DNA from: an uncultured delta proteobacterium
GTDB lineage: Bacteria; Desulfobacterota; Binatia; UBA9968
Reading direction: 5' to 3'
DNA length: 64,000 nucleotides
Assembly (NCBI GenBank): GCA_963760795.1
Contig: CAVXEP010000011.1
Coordinates: 24,349-88,348 of the forward strand
Shown one piece after another: positions 59,337 through 64,000 of this stretch. The notes below the pieces were generated by a model. That model did not search any database. It was not told where the DNA came from and worked only from the letters and a program-made list of their open reading frames with translations. The translations under genes were made by a program, and so were the position numbers. Each line of letters opens with the position of its first letter. Position 1 is the first letter of the stretch.

Positions 59337-61076
59337 ATGTCCAATTATCGTGTTATTAGAACGATTCGCTTGCCGATTATGCTGGCGATTCTCGCCTTGT
59401 TCTTGGGCGCCTGTAGCCTAGAGACCGAGATGCAGCCAGCAGAAAAGCTGCAAAACGCTTCGAGCGCGCAAAGCAACGAGTCAAAGGCGCCGTTGCCGCC
59501 ACCCACGCCGGGCGGGCCAAGCGCGAGCAGCGACTCGCTACGACGCATGCCAGAATCCGCTCGGATGGGTGGCGCGATAATGTCACCTAATTCTTACCCC
59601 CGCCCTCGTACTTTCCGCGACCGCCAATCATTACTGGAGTTGACCGCTTCTCCGGATAAAGACCCGACGAGTGTGCTCAGCGCCGCCGAGCATCCGGTGT
59701 CGACCTTCAGCATCGATGTCGACACGGCGTCCTATGCTTTCGTTCGCCGCAGTCTCACCGGCGGGCGTATGCCGCCGCGGGAATCTGTTCGCGTCGAGGA
59801 GATGGTCAACTATTTTCCGTATGCGTATTCCTCACCCGAGAATCGCGCCCAGCCGTTTCGCGTGACCACGACCGTAATGCCGAGTCCCTGGGCAGCGGAG
59901 AATCAGCTGCTCCACATTGGTATTCGCGGCTACGATATCGCGCGCAGTGAAAGGCCGCGCGCCAACCTCGTGCTCTTGATCGACACCTCGGGTTCGATGC
60001 AGCCGAGCGATCGTCTGCCGTTGTTGCAGCAGGGCTTTCGCCTGTTTGTCCAGCAATTGCGCGACGATGACCGGGTTGCCATCGTCACCTATGCGGGCCA
60101 GGCGCAAACTGCCCTCGATCCGACCCTAGGGCGGGATAAGCAAAAGATTCTCGACGCCATCGACAACCTTCGAGCTTCCGGATCGACTGCGGGCGGCGAG
60201 GGCTTGCAGCGCGCTTACGCTCTCGCTGAACGCCACTTCGACAAAGAAGCGGTGAACCGCGTGGTTCTCGGCACCGACGGCGACTTCAACGTCGGTATTA
60301 CCAATCCAAAAGATCTCGAACGCTTCATCGCCGCCAAGCGCAGGACCGGGATTTATCTATCGATCCTCGGCGTTGGTGTCGGCAACCTCAACGACGCGCT
60401 AATGCAGCGGCTGGCGCAGGCCGGCAATGGCAACGCCGCGTATATCGATTCCTTGCTCGAAGCGCGCAAGGCGATGAGCGAAGAACTGTCGTCGACCCTG
60501 TTTCCGATCGCCGATGATGTGAAAATCCAAGTAGAGTTCAACCCAATGCAGGTAGCCGAATACCGGTTGATTGGCTATGAGACACGCATGTTAAAGCGCG
60601 AGGATTTCAACGATGACAAGGTCGACGCCGGCGACATCGGCGCCGGCCACACCGTGACGGCGATCTACGAGATCACTCCCGTGGGCGCGAAACAACGCCG
60701 GCTCGATGCGCTGCGCTATCAGCAAGAGCGCGAGCGATCGGCGCCGCCTACCACCGCGCGCGCGGATGAGATGGCTTTCGTCAAACTGCGCTACAAACTT
60801 CCCGGTGAAACCAATAGCCGTCTCATCGAGCAGCCGGTGCGTGGGACCGACGCGCTGGCGAAGGTCGAAGCCGCGCCGGCGGAGCAGCGCTTTGCCACTG
60901 CTGTCGCAGCCTTTGGCCAACGACTGCGCGGCGAGAATGCCGTAGACAGTTTTAGCTATGGGAAGATTGCCGAGCTGGCAAATGGCGCCCGCGGCGCGGA
61001 CCCGGAAGGCTACCGAGCTGAGTTCGTCCGGCTAGTGCGCATGGCGGAAACTTTGGGTGCAGTGGCGCAACGCTGA
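59337..61076 (+). CDS. yfbK: YfbK-like von Willebrand factor A domain lipoprotein (vWF_A + VWA + DUF3520)
   Basis: STFSIDVDTASY, VRVEEMVNYF, MIDAS DTSGSM, TDGDFNVG and EYRLIGYE..DFNDDKVDAGDIGAGH; lipobox LGAC. Confidence 0.9.
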   Translation: MSNYRVIRTIRLPIMLAILALFLGACSLETEMQPAEKLQNASSAQSNESKAPLPPPTPGGPSASSDSLRRMPESARMGGAIMSPNSYPRPRTFRDRQSLLELTASPDKDPTSVLSAAEHPVSTFSIDVDTASYAFVRRSLTGGRMPPRESVRVEEMVNYFPYAYSSPENRAQPFRVTTTVMPSPWAAENQLLHIGIRGYDIARSERPRANLVLLIDTSGSMQPSDRLPLLQQGFRLFVQQLRDDDRVAIVTYAGQAQTALDPTLGRDKQKILDAIDNLRASGSTAGGEGLQRAYALAERHFDKEAVNRVVLGTDGDFNVGITNPKDLERFIAAKRRTGIYLSILGVGVGNLNDALMQRLAQAGNGNAAYIDSLLEARKAMSEELSSTLFPIADDVKIQVEFNPMQVAEYRLIGYETRMLKREDFNDDKVDAGDIGAGHTVTAIYEITPVGAKQRRLDALRYQQERERSAPPTTARADEMAFVKLRYKLPGETNSRLIEQPVRGTDALAKVEAAPAEQRFATAVAAFGQRLRGENAVDSFSYGKIAELANGARGADPEGYRAEFVRLVRMAETLGAVAQR

Positions 61077-61352
61077 AGGGTGAACTGGGCGAGGATCTAG
61101 CGGGGTTCGAGGGCCAGATGTTACATCTTGCTCTTCCTGTGCAGCCGAGCGATTTCCGGCGAGCTCTACGTTCGCGTCGATAGGTTCTGCGCGTTCTCCG
61201 ATCAATGTTCCCGCCGAAGGACGAACGGAGGGGATTTTGAAATTATTGAAATAAATCCGTTCATGCTGTGCTTGTCAAAGCATGTTCCGGCTTTATTGAG
61301 CAAGCTGATAAAACTGAACGGCAACACCGTAAAAATATCCTGGAGGAAGTTT

Positions 61353-61895
61353 ATGGAAGCAGCCGCATTGGCTTTGGATGCCTTAGGCCGGGTGCGCGAG
61401 ATGGTGCGCGAAGCGCTGAAGGATTTAACGCCCGAGGAAATGTTAGCAGCACCAAAACCGCACATCGCGTGGTTAACCTGGCACATCGCACGGGTGCAGG
61501 ACTCCAATTTTTCCGGCTTGCTCGATCGACCGCAGCTCTGGATCGCCGACGGCTGGCACCAGCGTTTCAATATGCCGCCCGACCCAAGAGACTACGGCTC
61601 CGGCCATCGTCAGACCCGCGAACAGGTGGATGCCTTCATCGTCACCGACACGCCACTGCTGCTCGCTTACCACGACGCTGTGTACGCGCAGACCAAAGAT
61701 TATCTGTCGACGGTGACCAATGCCGACCTGAACCGCGTCCTCAACGAACCGCAGTATTCGCCGCTGCCGACGCTGAGTATCCGGCTCGCCAGCGTGATCA
61801 ACTGCAACACGCGCCACGCCGGCCAGATCGAGTATCTGCGCGGGCTGGTGAAATTCAAAGGCTGGTTTCCAGGGGCGGAGAGACGCTCCGTCTAA
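61353..61895 (+). CDS. DinB / DUF664 family four-helix protein
   Basis: IAWLTWHIARVQD and RHAGQIEYLRG; RBS GGAGG. Confidence 0.85.
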   Translation: MEAAALALDALGRVREMVREALKDLTPEEMLAAPKPHIAWLTWHIARVQDSNFSGLLDRPQLWIADGWHQRFNMPPDPRDYGSGHRQTREQVDAFIVTDTPLLLAYHDAVYAQTKDYLSTVTNADLNRVLNEPQYSPLPTLSIRLASVINCNTRHAGQIEYLRGLVKFKGWFPGAERRSV

Positions 61896-62007
61896 CGCGC
61901 GGCAACCTGTGAGGTTAAAGCTCTATGACCGGGCAAACGCGAAGCTTACTTCCAATGGCGGTCGCGCGGCCGGTCATCGCTCGGTAGCGGACAGGACCAT
62001 TCCCCCT

Positions 62008-62841
62008 TCATTCATGAATCTCGAAATAGAGCAGCGAGTGATCCGAGAACTTGCCGATCCATTCGTCCTTTTTCGCGGCAGTCGGCTCGTTGACCCAGCC
62101 ACGCACGTCGACCTCGACTGGCGTTCCATTGATGGAATGGAAAAAGGTTTTGAAGCGGAGATTTTTTGACGCATAGACATTATCTAGATTGGACGGGGGA
62201 ATGGACGATGTGCTGCCGTTGAAAAATGGTCGCATCATGCGACTTCGGCAACCGTCGCATCAAGATCGTCGGCCGGGCGGCGTAGTTGTCCCACTTCTTC
62301 AATTCGACCTCCGCTAGAATCGAGCGGTCGATGGGTATTTCATGCCCATCGTGTTGAAGTCGCCGAGGAATAGATAACGCGCCTTACCCGCACCGCCTTC
62401 GGCGTTATCGAGGGTTCGGCGAAATTCAAAGGCCCGCTCGAGCATGTCGTCGCGCAGCCCCATGCCGCGCGGATCGGTTCCGCTCGACAGGTGCAGGAAA
62501 AGCAGCGCGTAGTTCTTTCCATCCTTCACGATGGTGACGAGCTGGCCCGGACGCATGTGTGTAGTGCCCGAGCGAAACTCGGTCTTCTGGGTGATGAAGG
62601 CGGTTAGCGGCTTCTTGACCCCGACGAGAATCTCCTGGGTTTCTACTCCCTCGGTAATCTGGAACGTGTAGTTTGGCATCTTGCTCACCAGCGCGCTGAA
62701 TACGGTCGCGCCCTCGACTTCATACAAGCCGAAGACATCCGGATTCTGCGCCTTGACGAAATCGATGACTCTATCTACACGAGTTGGATCTTCCTTGAAG
62801 TGCTCGACGTTCCACGATGCAATGGAAAAGACTTTTGCCAT
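62008..62841 (-). pseudogene. Endonuclease/exonuclease/phosphatase (EEP) family protein with two frameshifts
   Basis: ASWNVEHF, DVFGLYE and LGDFN in 62314-62841; LDNV and FSDH in 62008-62238; linker FDRSILAEVELKKWD lies in a third frame. Confidence 0.8.
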
Positions 62842-63320
62842 GGGAGTCGTTCCTTTCGAGGGCTAGGACAGCTTGTTGTGCAATGTCTAGACTCGCCGCC
62901 GGCGGCCATGGTGTGCGATCTGCCGCCGAACCGCGGTTGCAGTATCTTGAGGCAAATAATTGGGCACGCGATCGCTAGCTTGAAGTTGCGCCGTCGCTCA
63001 ACCGATGATCCCGGCCCAGCATAGACGATGTTTATCTCGCGAAATGGTGATTGTGAAACCGCATCCATCCTGTCGATTCAACGATTCGCGTGATTCGACC
63101 GGACTCACGCTAAAGGTTGCTTGCGTGTCACCGGCGGAAGGCGTTTGCTAAGGTTACGGCTGCACAGCTTTTTGGCACCGGCGCCGCCAGCTCTTGCAGA
63201 TATTTATCCTGTTCCTTCGGTGTGAACATCGCCAGTGAAGCGTCGGCGTTTTTCGGCATGCCGTAGACGAAGTGGAAGGCGTGGCTGTCCCAGTCGTAGA
63301 ACTCGTCATAATGAGTCACG

Positions 63321-63521
63321 TTAGGTATCGACGGACATTCCCCCAACGCGCTGCAACAACGCCTGATAGCTTGCCCGTTCTGAAAAGAGCTTCAGGTCAT
63401 ACTCTTTCTGCGAAACCAAGCCTTTGTCGATTAGGAGCTTCGCCACAACGTCAGCCGTCGCGAGTGCCGTTATCATTAGCTCTTGGAGCGTGAGGATTCC
63501 ATCTTTGTCCAATTGACCCAT
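63321..63521 (-). CDS. Small helical hypothetical protein
   Basis: MGQLDKDGILTLQEL..DVVAKLLIDKGLVSQKEY; purine-rich RBS-like AAAGGAAGG upstream. Confidence 0.55.
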   Translation of the reverse strand: MGQLDKDGILTLQELMITALATADVVAKLLIDKGLVSQKEYDLKLFSERASYQALLQRVGGMSVDT

Positions 63522-63633
63522 TTTAGCGTTCCTTCCTTTCAGCGCAGCTATTTTCGGCGGCACCCCTCAGGTTTGAAGTTCCTATAGAACCGCGAAAACG
63601 GGCATCCATCAGCAATCAATTTCCCTGGGATTC

Positions 63634-64000
63634 CGGTGGGCAGATCGGACGCAGGATCCGCATTATGTTGCCGCTGATCGTCCCCCGGTTGCACGGCCGG
63701 ATCGCTGACCATCGCCGCGGCATTGGCAAGTGCTGGAGCGGCAGCGTGGATATCTGCTAACGCAGCCAATTCCGCATGTGTGGTGAGTGCGCCGATGCGC
63801 ACATGGTCTCCCTGCCGCGCGATACCCCGCAGTTCCGCGATGCGACCGATGTCGATCACGGCCGATGGCGCGGCGAGGCGCAGCTTCAGAAGCGGCACCA
63901 GGCTGTGGCCACCGGCCAGCAACTTCGCGTCGGGATGCGCGGCCATGAGCTTCTGAGCCTCGGCGACGGAGCTGGCGCGGTAGTAGTCGAAGTGGGGTGC
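63634..64000 (-). pseudogene. coxM: CoxM/CutM-type FAD-binding subunit (xanthine/CO dehydrogenase family), decayed and truncated
   Basis: FDYYRA, AKLLAGGHSLVPLLKLRLA and IGALTTH; the RNRGTIGGN motif is disrupted by deletions; homology stops after ADPASDLPT. Confidence 0.85.

Overview
A GC-rich bacterial chromosomal window with no rRNA, tRNA, CRISPR array or intact transposase that I can support. The expanded orphan solute-binding proteins, amidohydrolases, ThDP enzymes, cupins and LVIVD protein, together with the intergenic repeat styles, suggest a Candidatus Binatia/deltaproteobacterium-like genome (inference). Housekeeping and stress genes lie at 1-13 kb: fpg/nei fragment, ybaL, GST, trmJ, fused MFS/spermidine synthase, uvrD/pcrA and fused otsAB. 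The 14-53 kb region is catabolic. It holds a probable CoA-dependent salicylate-type cluster, two gentisate-dioxygenase-like cupins, three ThDP enzymes, two racemase-fold proteins lacking the catalytic Cys, and most of the window's roughly 11 solute-binding genes, none of which has a permease or ATPase nearby. The best candidates for undescribed biology are (i) a fully delimited sigma-54 operon of a bactofilin plus a zinc-ribbon protein and (ii) a low-GC GT87 island held between two synonymously diverged alleles of the 3' end of a ThDP gene. The intergenic spacers carry several palindromic repeat families, a MITE with a target-site duplication, and decayed toxin-antitoxin and RAYT remnants. Several otherwise intact genes have single-base frameshifts that may be sequencing errors. 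All family assignments come from motif recognition by eye, not from database searches.
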